Of a stretch of 64,000 nucleotides of DNA, positions 1 through 11,977 are shown piece by piece; within the stretch, counting starts at the first letter, position 1, and every line of letters begins with the position of its first letter. A program made the position numbers and the translations under genes. Under the pieces are notes generated by a model. It was given only the letters and a program-made list of their open reading frames with translations. It did not search any database and was not told the origin of the DNA. This stretch comes from Corallochytrium limacisporum Hawaii (taxonomy: Eukaryota > Protista > Pluriformea), in contig PDIP01000001.1 of NCBI GenBank assembly GCA_002811645.1, forward strand, positions 268,608-332,607, written 5' to 3'.

Positions 1-2800
1 AGTGTGGCAGAGGGGAAGGCGTGGAAGAAGGGGGGGGAGGGGGGTTGTTGGTTCCCGTCTCCCCCTCCTTTCCCGCCCACCCAGCGCCGCGCTAGGCACG
101 GTCAAAGCTGTGCCGACCGACCAACGGGCCCAGCAGCAAAGCAAGAACCAACCAACCAAAAAGACCCAACAAAATAAACCAAACCAAACCTCTCCCCAAG
201 AGAGAATGATGCGCTAGCCATAAAATATTTACTTAAATTGTTTCAAACAGCAAGGGAAAAAATGGGTTAGCCAGAGAGAAAAAAAAACAAGGAGTGACAC
301 AACACGGCAAAAAAAAAAAAGAGGGGGGAGGTTCGAGCACACCACAACGACGGCAGCTGCTGGTGGTGGTTGTTACTTTGGCCTACTACCACCACCAAAA
401 AGAACAATGACTAAAAGTGAAAGACAGAGAAAAAGAGAGAGAGAGAGAGAGAGCATTCTCACCCACGCACGAAGCTCTCTGTTTCGCTGGTTTGCTCCTG
501 GGCTCTCTCTCTCTCTCTGTGCCATCGCTTACGAACGTTACCTTTTCATTTGCTCGCTCACTCTCGCTCTGTGTCTCTCCGGGAGCGCCTGCCAAGTTTT
601 TTTTTCTTCCTTTTTTTTTTCGTGCTTCGTTTCTCAGAAAAAGCAGGGCACCTTCTTCGTTGCCCGCGCTGCTTGGGGTCTCGGTAAAAGAGGCAAAGAA
701 AAAGGGGGAAAATAGGGGGGAAAAAAAGTAGGGCGGGGAGCCAGGCCTTCCAGAACAAAAAGCCACGCGAAAAAAGAAAAAGAGAGAGAGAGAGAGAAAG
801 AGAGAGTTGACCCGCGCCGAGCGCCGCGCCGCGCCACCGGGGAGGGGGGAGGGAGGAGGAGAAGGGGCCGCGCACGGCACCACTTTCCATTTTTTTTTCT
901 GTTGTTTTTTGTATATTCAAATCGTCCCTTCCCCCTCCCTCTCCCCTTCCCCCCCCCTTTCCCCGCCCTTGCCCTTCTTTTTCACCGGTAGGTACTGTCA
1001 CGGGGAGAAATCATTGTTTGGGTATGGACAGGGCGGACGGTTACTTGCGATTGGTACCGTTCGACGACTGAACATCCGCGAGGGACCCTCGGATTCGCTG
1101 GGTTTTTTTTTACTTTTCATTTTTTTTCAAACGCGGGACGCACGGATCGCGAGCGTGCAATGAAAGAGAGACCTCGGTTGCCGCCCCAACCCGCCACCGC
1201 TGCCATGGTCCCACACCGAGCAAAGTGTCCATTTTTAATAGTTAAAGACGGTACTTTTTCATGGTAAAGTTGTTTGTTTTGACGACATGGGCCTCCCTAA
1301 ATTTTCGCTGGTTGGGTTTTCTGGAAATTTCGGAACTCCAATTTTCTGGGTGTGCGCGCGTCCGTGGTTGCCAAAAAGCGCAGACAGCAGCACAACAGCG
1401 AAGAAACCCAAACAAAAGAAAAAAACGGACGTATCGCGCTCGCTCTCTGTCTCGCTGTCTGTTCTCTGGTCCGTGCGTCCGTCCCAAATCCACCCCAAGC
1501 AGGGAAGTAATTCAGAAAATGCTCCAGCCATTTATGGACGTGAGCATAGTTGTCATATATTTTGTATATCTGAATGTATTTTTACGTCATACATTGCCAA
1601 AATTACCTATCAAGAATGATAAGATTGATAGCGGCCAAAACAGCCACTTTTTCAAAACACCCAAAAAAAAATGTTTCGCGGGCTCGCGCTTGGTTTGTTC
1701 CATCCGCCCCAATTCCTGTCTCCCCCCCCCTTTTCTCCCCGCAGGGCCCTAGGCTAGGGGTCTCGCCCAAGGAAAATGTGAGAGAGAGAAAGAAGAAAGA
1801 AAAAAAAATAGAGGGAGAGAGGGAGAGAGAGAGAGAGAGAAAAAAAAAAGGAAGGGGGATGGGGAGGGGGAAATGTGCTTCGCATTCGGACGCGTGGAGG
1901 TCGTCGTTCGGGCCAATCACAGCCTTTGTAGCCCATCTACAGCCAATCGTCGGGAAGGACTGCTCCTTTTGTGCATTTTGCCAGTTCGTCCGACTCCGTT
2001 GGTGTTCTCTGTCGGGCCTCCTGTGCGGGCTGAGCGCTGTGTTTTTGGTTTCCATTTCTCGCCAATTTCATAGTAAATATACTAAACATTTTAGCCGGCA
2101 GTGGAAACATTCCGTCGCGCACACCGGGATCAGTTTGGGCGCACCTGCCACCGTACTGCAGAACCGAACCCTACTCCTAAGCAACCGAATTGAAAACAAA
2201 AAAAGAAAGAATACATCCCACGGAATAAACATTTATTCATACATTACATACCCACAATACGTGTTTTCTATTTCGAAGGGGGGGAAGGAGGAGGGCAGAG
2301 GGAGCTCTGGTCCGTTTTGCTTTTTATATTCTCGGGGTTTCGGTCGTTCCGAGTTTTGGTGCGAAAGACAAACCCCCCCCCCCGCGGGGCCCCCGGGGGG
2401 AACGGGAGACGGGCACTCTGGCTTTTGCACAGCCTTACCTTTCTTTCTCGGTGTGCCTAACAATGAACCCTAATATAATAATTAATTGAATTACTGGGGG
2501 GAGGCCACTGGGTTTTGATATACCTATTATCTGCATGCTTGAAATGGGACAAGGTCCCCCCCCCCCTGGCACACAAAAAAAAAAATACGCCGGGAAAAAA
2601 GGAAAAAGGAAAGGGCCGTTATCGACAAAGGGGGGGAAAAAAAATACATAAAGTGTCCTGGGCCAGCGCGACAGATAGAGATGGAGGGCCCACGACAAAA
2701 GGCAAAGCGGCAAAACGTCCAGCTCGGGGAAAAAAAAAAGGAATCATTGTAAAAAGTAAAACACGCCTTCGTAGATTTTGTATGGGGAGTGTGTGTGAGT
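1..2800. repeat. Low-complexity non-coding region with (GA/TC)n microsatellites and long A/T/G/C homopolymers
   Basis: (GA)n at about 434-453, 780-806 and 1810-1840, (CT)n at about 503-517, and many homopolymer runs. All ORFs here translate to R/E/S/L/F/K low-complexity strings. Confidence 0.85.
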
Positions 2801-3402
2801 GTGAGATGAAGTGTTAAGTACGCGTTGCAAGTCTAAAACATTTTCATTCCCATTGACGTACAAACCCGTCACCCCGCTTCCAACAACTCCCGTGGATTCA
2901 GTTCGAGAGGGCCAAGGCTGGGAGAGCGAGAGTGGGTTTCATGGGGTAGAATGGGAGGACCGGGTGTGATGATGACATCGCCAGGGCCCCCCCTTCCCGG
3001 GGGTTGGGGGGGGGGGGGTGTGTTTGGGTCGACTGCGGGACCCGTATTGTTGTGTCTATCGGGGCGTGTGCGACAAGCCACAAAGTGCGTGTAGCGTTCA
3101 CGTAGTCGTGAAGGGATGTGAAATCTTTTGCTGGGTCCTTTCTTGCTTGATTTGAGTGTGATAGATAAGTGATATCCAATGAAAACTTTTTATGGGCATG
3201 ACTCTGGGGTCTGCGTGTGCTGAGACACGGAAGATCAAGGTATCCAAGGGCTCAGGATATGTCTATGACACGTAAAGGCAACATCTCCAACAGAGCGATA
3301 TCTCTAAGTGAGGAATCTGGAACTGTATTATATGTCGACCTGCAGATAAAGAACAGATACCAGGGGTACAACAGTGCCAAGACGAGAAACACAGCAGCTA
3401 TC

Positions 3403-4020
3403 ATGTCCACAATGTACGACAATACTGAGCCCCAGCCTGGACAGGCTCAGCCTCTGGAATTCCCCGATGACGACACTCTGCTCTTCGATACCCATGGGGG
3501 TCGCGACAGTGCACCACCTCCGCCCTACACCGAAGCAGGAGGATCACCGCCCGATCCCCGTGCCGACATTCCTCAGGATATCCTAGATATGCCAAAGCAA
3601 GATTTAGAGGAGGCCACACATGAACTTGACATTGCCGTAACCCGTATCAAGGTGGAACTGCGGGAAAAGGAGAAGCGATTGAAATTCATGCAGCGCCAGC
3701 TGAGGTACCTGAATGGAGAGAAGAACCTGGAGGATCAGATGCGGGAGGCGTCTACCAAGGTCAACGCTGCCCTGGCTTCCAGCTACCGGTCGGCCAAGGA
3801 AAGTCAGGCAGCCAAGAAGACAGCAGAGGAGATGCAGAGGCTTCGCCAGTCCGAAACGTACCACAAAATTGAGGAAGGATCGCAGAAAGCCTACGTTGCC
3901 ACCAAGGAAGGACTAAGTAAGGCATCGGAGTCGGCCATGATATGGTGGAACAAGACATTCAATGGACCCCCGGCAAGCGATGGCACAACCCAGCAATCCA
4001 GTTCTGTCGATGCTCAGTGA
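3403..4020 (+). CDS. TPD52 (tumor protein D52)-like coiled-coil protein
   Basis: First well-placed ATG at 3403 (ORF open from 3217). Acidic/Pro N-terminus with a PPPY motif, coiled coil 'LEEATHELDIAVTRIKVELREKEKRLKFMQRQL', and D52-like 'LRQSETYHKIEEG..KA'. Confidence 0.55.
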   Translation: MSTMYDNTEPQPGQAQPLEFPDDDTLLFDTHGGRDSAPPPPYTEAGGSPPDPRADIPQDILDMPKQDLEEATHELDIAVTRIKVELREKEKRLKFMQRQLRYLNGEKNLEDQMREASTKVNAALASSYRSAKESQAAKKTAEEMQRLRQSETYHKIEEGSQKAYVATKEGLSKASESAMIWWNKTFNGPPASDGTTQQSSSVDAQ

Positions 4021-4199
4021 AACGTATGGTCCCTGGAATACAAAAATTGAGTTTGGTCGCTAGTGAGACTTGCTGAGATGTAGATTGAAGAGCAATGAGA
4101 CTACAATACACAAACACGCCCTCACAGTTATAGACTTTGCAACAAACACTTGAAATCCTATCTGTAATGTGAAATGACTTCTTTGCAGTCGGCCTACCT

Positions 4200-4850
4200 T
4201 TACCTCGCAGTGTACATAGCAGCAACTAAACTATTAGTTGTCTTGATGAGATCGTTGGCAGCGGTAATCACCACCTGGGGATTGCCCCGCTTAAAGTAGT
4301 CCTTCAGGGACTCACTAAATGTCTTCGATGTGAGAATGAATGCCTTCTTCTTTTCGTCAATGGTCTTGCGGTCCGCAGGACTGAATGCTCGAGACTGTCC
4401 GTCCCTACCCTCATTCAGCAACTGTGCGTTCACTGCCTCCAAGAGGTCCTTGATCATGCTGGCAATGTTCTTAATAGTGGACAGGAAGATACTCCGATCA
4501 TTGAACTGATCTTGAATCTTGGTCAAAGTGGTGCACAGTTTGTACGCAAGCAGCTGTACTGTGCTCTTGGCGTTCTCGGCCGCATCACCGGAGACGCTGG
4601 TGGATTTGGCCTGTTCTTTGTTGTAGATGTTCTGCAGGACATCGCTGACCTTCAAGTCCAGGCCTCCCTCCTTCACACACGCCTGAAGGAATTGCTTTGT
4701 AAACCCACGGTTTGACCGCTCTGCTTCCTCAAAGATTGAACCGATTTCCCGAATTTGCGTCATACTCCTCTCGTCCGCTGTTGTGAACGTGAGAAGCGTG
4801 GGGATGATGATGTGGTCCAGGGCCACACTACCGGCCTGCTTCGGTGCCAT
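4200..4850 (-). CDS. PDCD10: Programmed cell death protein 10 / CCM3 homolog
   Basis: 216 aa. 'FLSTIKNIASMIKDLLEAVN' and 'KKAFILTSKTFSESLKDYFKRG...AANDLIKTTN' match the PDCD10 FAT-homology C-terminal domain. Confidence 0.92.
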   Translation of the reverse strand: MAPKQAGSVALDHIIIPTLLTFTTADERSMTQIREIGSIFEEAERSNRGFTKQFLQACVKEGGLDLKVSDVLQNIYNKEQAKSTSVSGDAAENAKSTVQLLAYKLCTTLTKIQDQFNDRSIFLSTIKNIASMIKDLLEAVNAQLLNEGRDGQSRAFSPADRKTIDEKKKAFILTSKTFSESLKDYFKRGNPQVVITAANDLIKTTNSLVAAMYTAR

Positions 4851-5309
4851 GTTGTCTGTGTTTTTGTTTCTGTTTCTAGCTTGTTACTCTTCAGTCAGAA
4901 CCACGGCGTGGTAAAGCCATCCCCTTATTAAAACCTTTTCACAAGACAAAACTTGCACTCGTAAAGTCAACAACGCTGCTTTTGTCGTCTCTCGGTCCAG
5001 TCTTGCAGCACATTGACATCAGACAGCGCGTCAGTTGAACATACTTTTGCTGAATCATATTATGAGATACCACTGTCATTCAAATACACTTTCGTCGGCT
5101 GCTGACGAAAGTAATTGGTAGCAAAGAAAGTCGAGGAACAACTGGTCTTTCTTACAAGGACCCCTTAGGAATGGCTTCGTACGGCGAAGTTGGGTCGATG
5201 CGGAACGACGGAAGGAACCGACTTAAGCCGACCAACCGGAGGCCCCAATCCAACCGTCCCCTAGCTTCTACCCTGGACACTGCTGTTAAGGGGGTTGGCC
5301 CCCCCGGGG

Positions 5310-5542
5310 NNNNNNNNNNNNNNNNNNNNNNNNNNNNNNNNNNNNNNNNNNNNNNNNNNNNNNNNNNNNNNNNNNNNNNNNNNNNNNNNNNNNNNNNNNN
5401 NNNNNNNNNNNNNNNNNNNNNNNNNNNNNNNNNNNNNNNNNNNNNNNNNNNNNNNNNNNNNNNNNNNNNNNNNNNNNNNNNNNNNNNNNNNNNNNNNNNN
5501 NNNNNNNNNNNNNNNNNNNNNNNNNNNNNNNNNNNNNNNNNN
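5310..5542. other. Assembly gap (N run) within a GC-rich C-run/G-run segment
   Basis: Run of n characters. Confidence 0.99.
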
Positions 5543-5778
5543 GAAGGGGGAAGAGGGGCCGCTACGCCCGGGGGGGGAACCAATCCCAAAACAGTGATTT
5601 TCAAAGAATCCGGTATGTACAATTAAATAGCAAGCGGGAGAGAAAAGGAAAAAAGGAAGGCCTGGGGGGGGGGGGGCGGAATGAGAGAAGAGAAACCTGC
5701 ACCCGAGAACGGAAAAAGAAAACCAAAGAGCCCTCAATCTAGGCAGTATGGGGATACTCAATCTATTTCTGGTTATCA

Positions 5779-8565
5779 TCACATACGGATCAGCCCAGCG
5801 CGGTGAAGAGCCTCTCGCGCTACGTCTTGAATGTGCCGAAATCGATCAGGTCCGAGCATTACTCCGCCCCACCATCGAGTCACGACTACGACGCAGTCCT
5901 GTGCCTGACTGCGCTCGAGAAGTTGGGCCAGCTTGCCACCGGCCCACTTTTCACCATCATCGTCGCTATGGGTCTCGTAAACAGCCACATCAGCTCCTGG
6001 CCGGGCCACACGACACGCCCAGCAGTTGTGCCCCGCTTCGCGCAGCTTGGGATCCATCAGCAACGATTCACGGAACTTCATGGCCTCTTCATACGTTGAG
6101 CAAGGCGCAGCATGAGCTTGGAACACACTCTTGCGATCGACAATGGGATCTGAGCGGGCCATTGCCCACGGGTTCTCCTCATCCGCAAGTTCGACCTTCA
6201 CGCCAACCTGGTCGGAAGCCTTGTACGAGATGGGCTTGCCGTTTGCATCCAACGCCTCTGTGACTTCTGTACGTTTGCTCACTGTGGCGTCTTTGGCACC
6301 TTCAATCATGGCATTGGCCAGACCGGAACCTTCAATCTGCTCGACCGTGAGCAGACTGAGACCGATTTGATCTGATTGGTTGAATGGCCGCGCCATTTCA
6401 CGCAGGAACTTTTTTGCGATCGAAACGGCATCGTCCACGCTGAGATTAGCAAACTTGTCGGTAAGGTACTGTTGGATCCACTTTGGTAAACGGCTCCGTT
6501 TATCCTGGCGGCTGAAGCGCTTGTCTGCAAAGACCATGATACCGTAGTCAGTTTTGCCACGCAGGGCACGTCCGACACACTGACTGGCATGACGCAGCGC
6601 ATCAAAGGTGAGAAAATCATTCTCGCGGATCTGGAACTGATCGCGCAGGTACTCAAGACGTGCGCGCAGGATGCGAGATTCTGTATAGACGTACGGAATG
6701 CCAAACATAATAACCGCACGTCCATAGTGGTGGTCAAAATCGATGCCTTCGGATACCTTACCTCTCGCGACAGAGAAAAGGACTGCACCGCGACCGTTCT
6801 CGCAAGCTTTTCGGTAGTTTTCCAGCGCCAGAGCGGTCTCAGTCTGATCTTGAGTTTCGATGAATAGGAGCTTGTACTTGAGTACTTTCTTGAGTACTCC
6901 GAGGTCATGCCATTTGCTCACAATGCCCTCCATGTAGATATACGATGTAAAGAAGCACACAAGGCCATCTGGAACACTCTTGGCCATTTCCACCAGCAAA
7001 TTGCCATAGTTCCGAATAACTGGCAGATCCTCACGCTGTTCGAAGCGCGAGGTCATCGCCACCTGGTCGCTGCCACGCGTGACGATCATCGGTGCCACGG
7101 ATGGCCGTGCCAGGGTCATTGTGAAACTGTTCGTGGTCACCGGAGTAAAGTTGAGAATCTTTGGGTACATATCCAATGGGCTCAGCGTACCAGACGTAAT
7201 AATCACGCTGCGAAAACGATCAAAAACTGGCTTAATGGCTAAGGATGCATCCATGCAAGAGAAGTGCAGCACCGGATTCGGAATGTTTGGTGCCTTGTCA
7301 TCGAATGGTTCAATGATCAAACTGAATCCTTTAGTGTACGTGCTAACCAAGGTGGCAAAGTTGGTGACCTTCGCAAGAGATGAGTACTCCTCGAGACGTG
7401 GCAACTCTAGTGTCTTCATCAGACTTGCCAGCCGTTCGCTGCAGAACCGTAGCGGTTTGCGTTCGATGCCGACAGACTGGTACACATTTTGCACGAAGGA
7501 CAGCGGACTCTCACTGACCACGTTTGTGACTCGCAGGCGGACCTTTAGGTGCTCCACAAAACGCTTAAGGAAGCCCAGAAAATGTTCCGCTCTCCGCATG
7601 TTGCCCGGGATTGCCTCCTTTAGAACTTCATCTGGAAGGATGGGATTGCTCATGGTAGCATCCGTCTCACGATTCTCGCTCGCAACCCGCAGACCCTCCA
7701 CCAGTTTTTTGTACTCGTCTCGTAGGGCGTTGGTGTCCCGCTCTTTGATCTCGTTCAGGGAACGCTGCAGACTGGTGATGTTGCGGGTCGCACCATCAAG
7801 AATACGGCGGTTGATGGTCACACTCATGGATTCGATGCAGACATTGTCAATGTTATGAGCTTCATCAAAGACCACGACACTGTCTTTAGCCAGTTCCTTG
7901 CTGACTAAATCCGCAATCTTCGGGTCCAGTAGGTAGTAGTAACTGTAAATGATGACATTGCTGAAACTCATCATGTGTCTCGCAAGGAAGTACGGGCACC
8001 ACTTATTCCTTGCGCCTAGATCCCTCAAGTCATCAATTGTGTACACACCCGCAGGTACCATAGCCTCACGTCCTGAGCGATTGAATTCCTCGTAGAACTC
8101 GCACAGATCCACATTTGGATCAGTTTCGGCTCGCATCCGGACCCAGGACGCAGTCAGATCCATACATCTGCCATCAACGATCTTGCCATCGCGTGAGTAC
8201 TGGCTTACTTCAGGGTGGATACAGTAATTTTTACGCGAGGTCAATCCCATTCCCAGGAACTTTACTGGTTCGCCAGTTTCCTTCTCGTAAAACTCCATTA
8301 GTCGTTTCATCTCTTCCAAAGCTTTGTCGATCTCAGGTACGGTACGAGTGCAATAGATGAGCTTCCCCACATTCGGATGTGCCCGTTGGTAAGCAATGAT
8401 GAGACTGAGAATGGTCACGGTCTTGCCAGTACCGGAAGGCATCTCCAGTACTCCATGACCTTTTGCGTCAAGGGCATATTTGAGCTCCCGCATGTACGAG
8501 TACTGCTCTGGATAGATGTAGTCGTACGGGAAGTAGACCAGCAGGCCATCAATATTGAGCTTCAT
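5779..8565 (-). CDS. ERCC2: TFIIH/NER helicase XPD (RAD3) with C-terminal IMPACT/YigZ (UPF0029) domain fusion
   Basis: N-terminus [21 protein letters not shown], Walker A MPSGTGKT, four Fe-S cysteines, DEAH box, and [14 protein letters not shown]. After about aa 800: 'DRKSVFQAH...HNCWACR...[12 protein letters not shown]...[20 protein letters not shown]', the UPF0029 signature. Confidence 0.97.
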   Translation of the reverse strand: MKLNIDGLLVYFPYDYIYPEQYSYMRELKYALDAKGHGVLEMPSGTGKTVTILSLIIAYQRAHPNVGKLIYCTRTVPEIDKALEEMKRLMEFYEKETGEPVKFLGMGLTSRKNYCIHPEVSQYSRDGKIVDGRCMDLTASWVRMRAETDPNVDLCEFYEEFNRSGREAMVPAGVYTIDDLRDLGARNKWCPYFLARHMMSFSNVIIYSYYYLLDPKIADLVSKELAKDSVVVFDEAHNIDNVCIESMSVTINRRILDGATRNITSLQRSLNEIKERDTNALRDEYKKLVEGLRVASENRETDATMSNPILPDEVLKEAIPGNMRRAEHFLGFLKRFVEHLKVRLRVTNVVSESPLSFVQNVYQSVGIERKPLRFCSERLASLMKTLELPRLEEYSSLAKVTNFATLVSTYTKGFSLIIEPFDDKAPNIPNPVLHFSCMDASLAIKPVFDRFRSVIITSGTLSPLDMYPKILNFTPVTTNSFTMTLARPSVAPMIVTRGSDQVAMTSRFEQREDLPVIRNYGNLLVEMAKSVPDGLVCFFTSYIYMEGIVSKWHDLGVLKKVLKYKLLFIETQDQTETALALENYRKACENGRGAVLFSVARGKVSEGIDFDHHYGRAVIMFGIPYVYTESRILRARLEYLRDQFQIRENDFLTFDALRHASQCVGRALRGKTDYGIMVFADKRFSRQDKRSRLPKWIQQYLTDKFANLSVDDAVSIAKKFLREMARPFNQSDQIGLSLLTVEQIEGSGLANAMIEGAKDATVSKRTEVTEALDANGKPISYKASDQVGVKVELADEENPWAMARSDPIVDRKSVFQAHAAPCSTYEEAMKFRESLLMDPKLREAGHNCWACRVARPGADVAVYETHSDDDGEKWAGGKLAQLLERSQAQDCVVVVTRWWGGVMLGPDRFRHIQDVAREALHRAGLIRM

Positions 8566-8880
8566 GGTTATTTTAACCCTCTTGAATGGTTAGAACTGTT
8601 ATACTATGTGTTTTGATCAACTTCCTGATCCCTTGCTTTACATCTTGAAGCCCCGGTCGTTGTTATTAAATCTACTACGGCTTGAGATCTCGTCTGCTTA
8701 CAAGTAAGTGCTCTTTCTACAACATCGGCCTTCTTATCAGTCTGTGCTCAAGTACCACTTTTGGCGTATGGTAACATGTACACATTTGTGAGGAGTTCAC
8801 TCTGCTTACTCTCCCTGATCTGTCTGCGAACAAGATGGCTGTGTTTGCGTTCAACTGGTAAAGCGCGGAATGGGATCGCT

Positions 8881-8970
8881 CCCCTCTCCCCCCTGGAGGG
8901 GGGGCTTTTGGTGTAGGGAGACGGTGAGCTCATTACAGGGCCCCCGGCCCCCCCCCCTCCCGCGGGGGGG
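8881..8970. promoter_or_regulatory. C-run/G-run element in the XPD-DHX16 divergent intergenic region
   Basis: CCCCCTGGAGGGGGGG and CCCCCCCCCCTCCCGCGGGGGGG. Similar elements recur upstream of other genes. Confidence 0.45.
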
Positions 8971-9254
8971 AGAGAGCAAGGGTGGAAATTCTCACCCGCC
9001 TCTGCCGGAGGTGTGATGTGCGTGTCCTAACGGCCATCGTTGCGTCTTGTACTGGAAAGCGCTTGGCGCACCTGTCGTGTCGCTTGGAGCACGGTAGCGG
9101 TATTTGATCTGCTATGCTCTGAATGAAGCATCTAAAGTCGGTAGCAACACTAATATGAACTGTGAACATATACGCGGAGAAACGGATATCGGAATAGTGG
9201 GAATGTCGTCTACCGAGTTGTCAGCTACGTAGGGTATATTCTTGGGACTATGCC

Positions 9255-11837
9255 ATGCAGTCAGAAAGAAAACAGAAATCTGCTGACCCAAAGCCACAGC
9301 CACACATTCTAAAGGATGAGGACGGCCACTACAGTATTCCAAACGAAGATGATGGAGCAAAACTTGAGGAATATGCTGAGCAAGACACAACTGACGATGC
9401 CCGCCTGCGCAGGCGCCGGTGGAGGAAAGAGGACAGGAGAGTTGGCGGTTTGAAGCGCTCCAATCTGTCCAATAAATCGGGAGGATATCAATCCTTTGAA
9501 AGAACGCAACTAGAGAAGGTTTCTTTAACCCAGCCAGCAGTTCGACCGGATGGAGCGATACGGCACCACGGGGAAGACCAGAGTCGAAAATATGATCTTA
9601 TCTTTGACGATACCATCGACTTCGTTACTGCCCGCAAGGCACTGACACACAGAGATCTTCTCCCAAATGATGATGAAGAAGAACAGGTTACGGAAAGTGA
9701 AAGCAACCATCGAAAAGAGCCTACCAGTAGTAGAGAAACTGTTGATAGTAAAGCAGCGGGCAGCATCCGTAAACTTCGGCAATCTTTGCCAGTGTTCGCG
9801 CATCGTGAACAAATTCTCAACACAATCGAGCAGAACACTGTCACTGTGCTTGTGGGTGAGACAGGCAGTGGTAAGACTACGCAGATCCCACAGTATCTGT
9901 ACGAGGCTGGATATTGCAAGGGTGGAGGAATGATCGGCGTCACCCAGCCGCGGAGGGTTGCAGCCATGAGCGTGGCCAAACGTGTGAGCGAGGAAATGGA
10001 CGTGGCTTTGGGCCAAGAGGTCGGCTATTCAATCCGATTTGAAGACATGACCTCCAAGAAGACTCGTCTTAAGTACATGACAGATGGTATGCTTCTGCGG
10101 GAAATGATCAACGACGGCAACCTAGAGCGGTATAGTGTCATTGTGATTGACGAGGCCCATGAACGGACTCTGCACACTGACATTCTCTTCGGGTTGCTCC
10201 GGGATCTGTGTCGGGCCAGGGCAGATACCGGTGTGCCTTTAAAGCTGATCATTGCGAGTGCAACTCTGGATGCGCAACGATTCGCTGAATTCTTTAACAA
10301 CGCTCCAATTGTTACAGTTCCGGGCAGGATGTATCCCGTGGACATCTTCTACACCAAGCAGCCGGAACCCGACTACGTGGAGGCGGCGATTGTGGCGGTA
10401 CTGCAGATCCACCTTACACAGCCGATGCCAGGAGATATCTTGGTCTTCCTTACAGGCCAAGACGAAATCGAGGGTGTCATGGATGGCCTAGAAACGCGCA
10501 TGGCTGCCATTCTTCCCAAAGACGACGAGGGCAAGCTACCCCCTCTTTGTACACTTCCAATTTACGCTTCCCTGCCACCAGAACAGCAGGCAAGGATTTT
10601 TCGGCCACCCGAGCCGAAAACTGCGAGGAAGTGCATCCTTGCCACAAACATTGCAGAGACTTCCCTGACTATTGACGGCATCGTCTTTGTGGTCGACACC
10701 GGTCTGGCGAAGCAGAGTAATTACAATGCGCGATCCGGTATGGATTCGCTTCTGGTGGAGCCAATCTCCCAGGCAAGTGCAAATCAGCGGGCTGGCCGCG
10801 CCGGTCGCGTTCAGGCTGGAAAGTGCTTCCGGCTCTATACTCAGCAATCCTTCGAAGCTGACTTGCTGAAGGCCACTGTGCCCGAAATCCAGCGTACAAA
10901 TCTACGCAATGTAGTGCTCATGCTCAAGATGCTTGGGGTGGACGATCTGTTAAACTTTGGGTTCATGGACCCCCCACCGGCGGAGACCTTAATACGGGCA
11001 TTGGAAGAGCTGTACGCCCTTGGAGCGCTTGCCTCGAATGGTCAATTAACCCATCTGGGAACCCGCATGGCCGCACTTCCCTTCGACCCCCAGCTCTCCC
11101 GTTCGATCTTTGCGGCCGAAGAGTACGGCTGTTTAGACGAAATGCTTACCGTTGCAGCCATGTTGTCAGTGTCCAGCGGAAGCGGTGGTTCCGGTCCATT
11201 TTACCGGCCGCGCGGCCGCAAGCTCGAGGCCGACCAGGCCCACCGCCAGCTGCATGACCCGAGAGGAGACCACCTGACCCTTTTCAATGCTTACCATGAG
11301 TGGGAAGGCAGTGGGTACTCCAGCAACTGGTGCTATGCCCATTTCATCCATCACCGGATCATGAAACGCGCACGGGACGTACGGGACCAGCTTGAGGATT
11401 TATGCGAACGGCACGGCATGGCCATGAGCAGTGTAAAACTTGACGACGAGGATCCTCGTGGCAAGACCAGGCTTGAAGACTACACTGTACCGATCCGCAA
11501 GGCCTTGGTCGCTGGTTACTTCTACCACACTGCCCGAATCGGCTCGGGGGGCGGTTACGAGGCGTTGAGAGCCCTACAGTCGCCCTCCTCTGGCGGAAGC
11601 AGTGGCAGTGGTCAGGTCACTGTCTATATCCATCCGTCGTCCTCCCTGGCCTCCAAACCACCGCGCATGGTCATCTACCACGAACTCGTGCTCACCAAGA
11701 AGGAATATATGCGGCAAATTGTGGCCATCGAGCCCGCCTGGCTGCAGGAATTGGTGCCACACTTTTACAGCGTGGATGAAGTTTCGGAGATGACAAAACA
11801 CAAGAAGAAGATGCCCAAGGCGATGCATAGGTGCTGA
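9255..11837 (+). CDS. DHX16: Spliceosomal DEAH-box RNA helicase, PRP2/DHX16 type
   Basis: GETGSGKTTQIPQYL, TQPRRVAAMSVA, DEAHER, SAT and QRAGRAGR motifs. 'LRQSLPVF', 'YTKQPEPDYVEAA' and C-terminal 'KKKMPK' favour DHX16 over DHX8/DHX38. Confidence 0.85.
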   Translation: MQSERKQKSADPKPQPHILKDEDGHYSIPNEDDGAKLEEYAEQDTTDDARLRRRRWRKEDRRVGGLKRSNLSNKSGGYQSFERTQLEKVSLTQPAVRPDGAIRHHGEDQSRKYDLIFDDTIDFVTARKALTHRDLLPNDDEEEQVTESESNHRKEPTSSRETVDSKAAGSIRKLRQSLPVFAHREQILNTIEQNTVTVLVGETGSGKTTQIPQYLYEAGYCKGGGMIGVTQPRRVAAMSVAKRVSEEMDVALGQEVGYSIRFEDMTSKKTRLKYMTDGMLLREMINDGNLERYSVIVIDEAHERTLHTDILFGLLRDLCRARADTGVPLKLIIASATLDAQRFAEFFNNAPIVTVPGRMYPVDIFYTKQPEPDYVEAAIVAVLQIHLTQPMPGDILVFLTGQDEIEGVMDGLETRMAAILPKDDEGKLPPLCTLPIYASLPPEQQARIFRPPEPKTARKCILATNIAETSLTIDGIVFVVDTGLAKQSNYNARSGMDSLLVEPISQASANQRAGRAGRVQAGKCFRLYTQQSFEADLLKATVPEIQRTNLRNVVLMLKMLGVDDLLNFGFMDPPPAETLIRALEELYALGALASNGQLTHLGTRMAALPFDPQLSRSIFAAEEYGCLDEMLTVAAMLSVSSGSGGSGPFYRPRGRKLEADQAHRQLHDPRGDHLTLFNAYHEWEGSGYSSNWCYAHFIHHRIMKRARDVRDQLEDLCERHGMAMSSVKLDDEDPRGKTRLEDYTVPIRKALVAGYFYHTARIGSGGGYEALRALQSPSSGGSSGSGQVTVYIHPSSSLASKPPRMVIYHELVLTKKEYMRQIVAIEPAWLQELVPHFYSVDEVSEMTKHKKKMPKAMHRC

Positions 11838-11977
11838 TGGTAACTTTTGAGTTGCATATCTGTTCCTAAATAAGTTCTACTATTACTAAATCTGTACGAT
11901 GCTAATCGAAATCATGATGAGGAATAATTCAAAGAGAAATACTGCTAAGAATACTATGGAAGAACGAACAAACTGTC

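Noticed and set aside
2-2817. Numerous ORFs of 60-299 aa, for example 1574..2473
   Set aside because: They are translations of microsatellite and homopolymer DNA with no recognisable domain.
7079-7858. Long antisense ORFs over XPD, and similarly 23081..24034, 30443..31150 and 11985..12662
   Set aside because: Shadow ORFs opposite well-supported genes, explained by codon bias.
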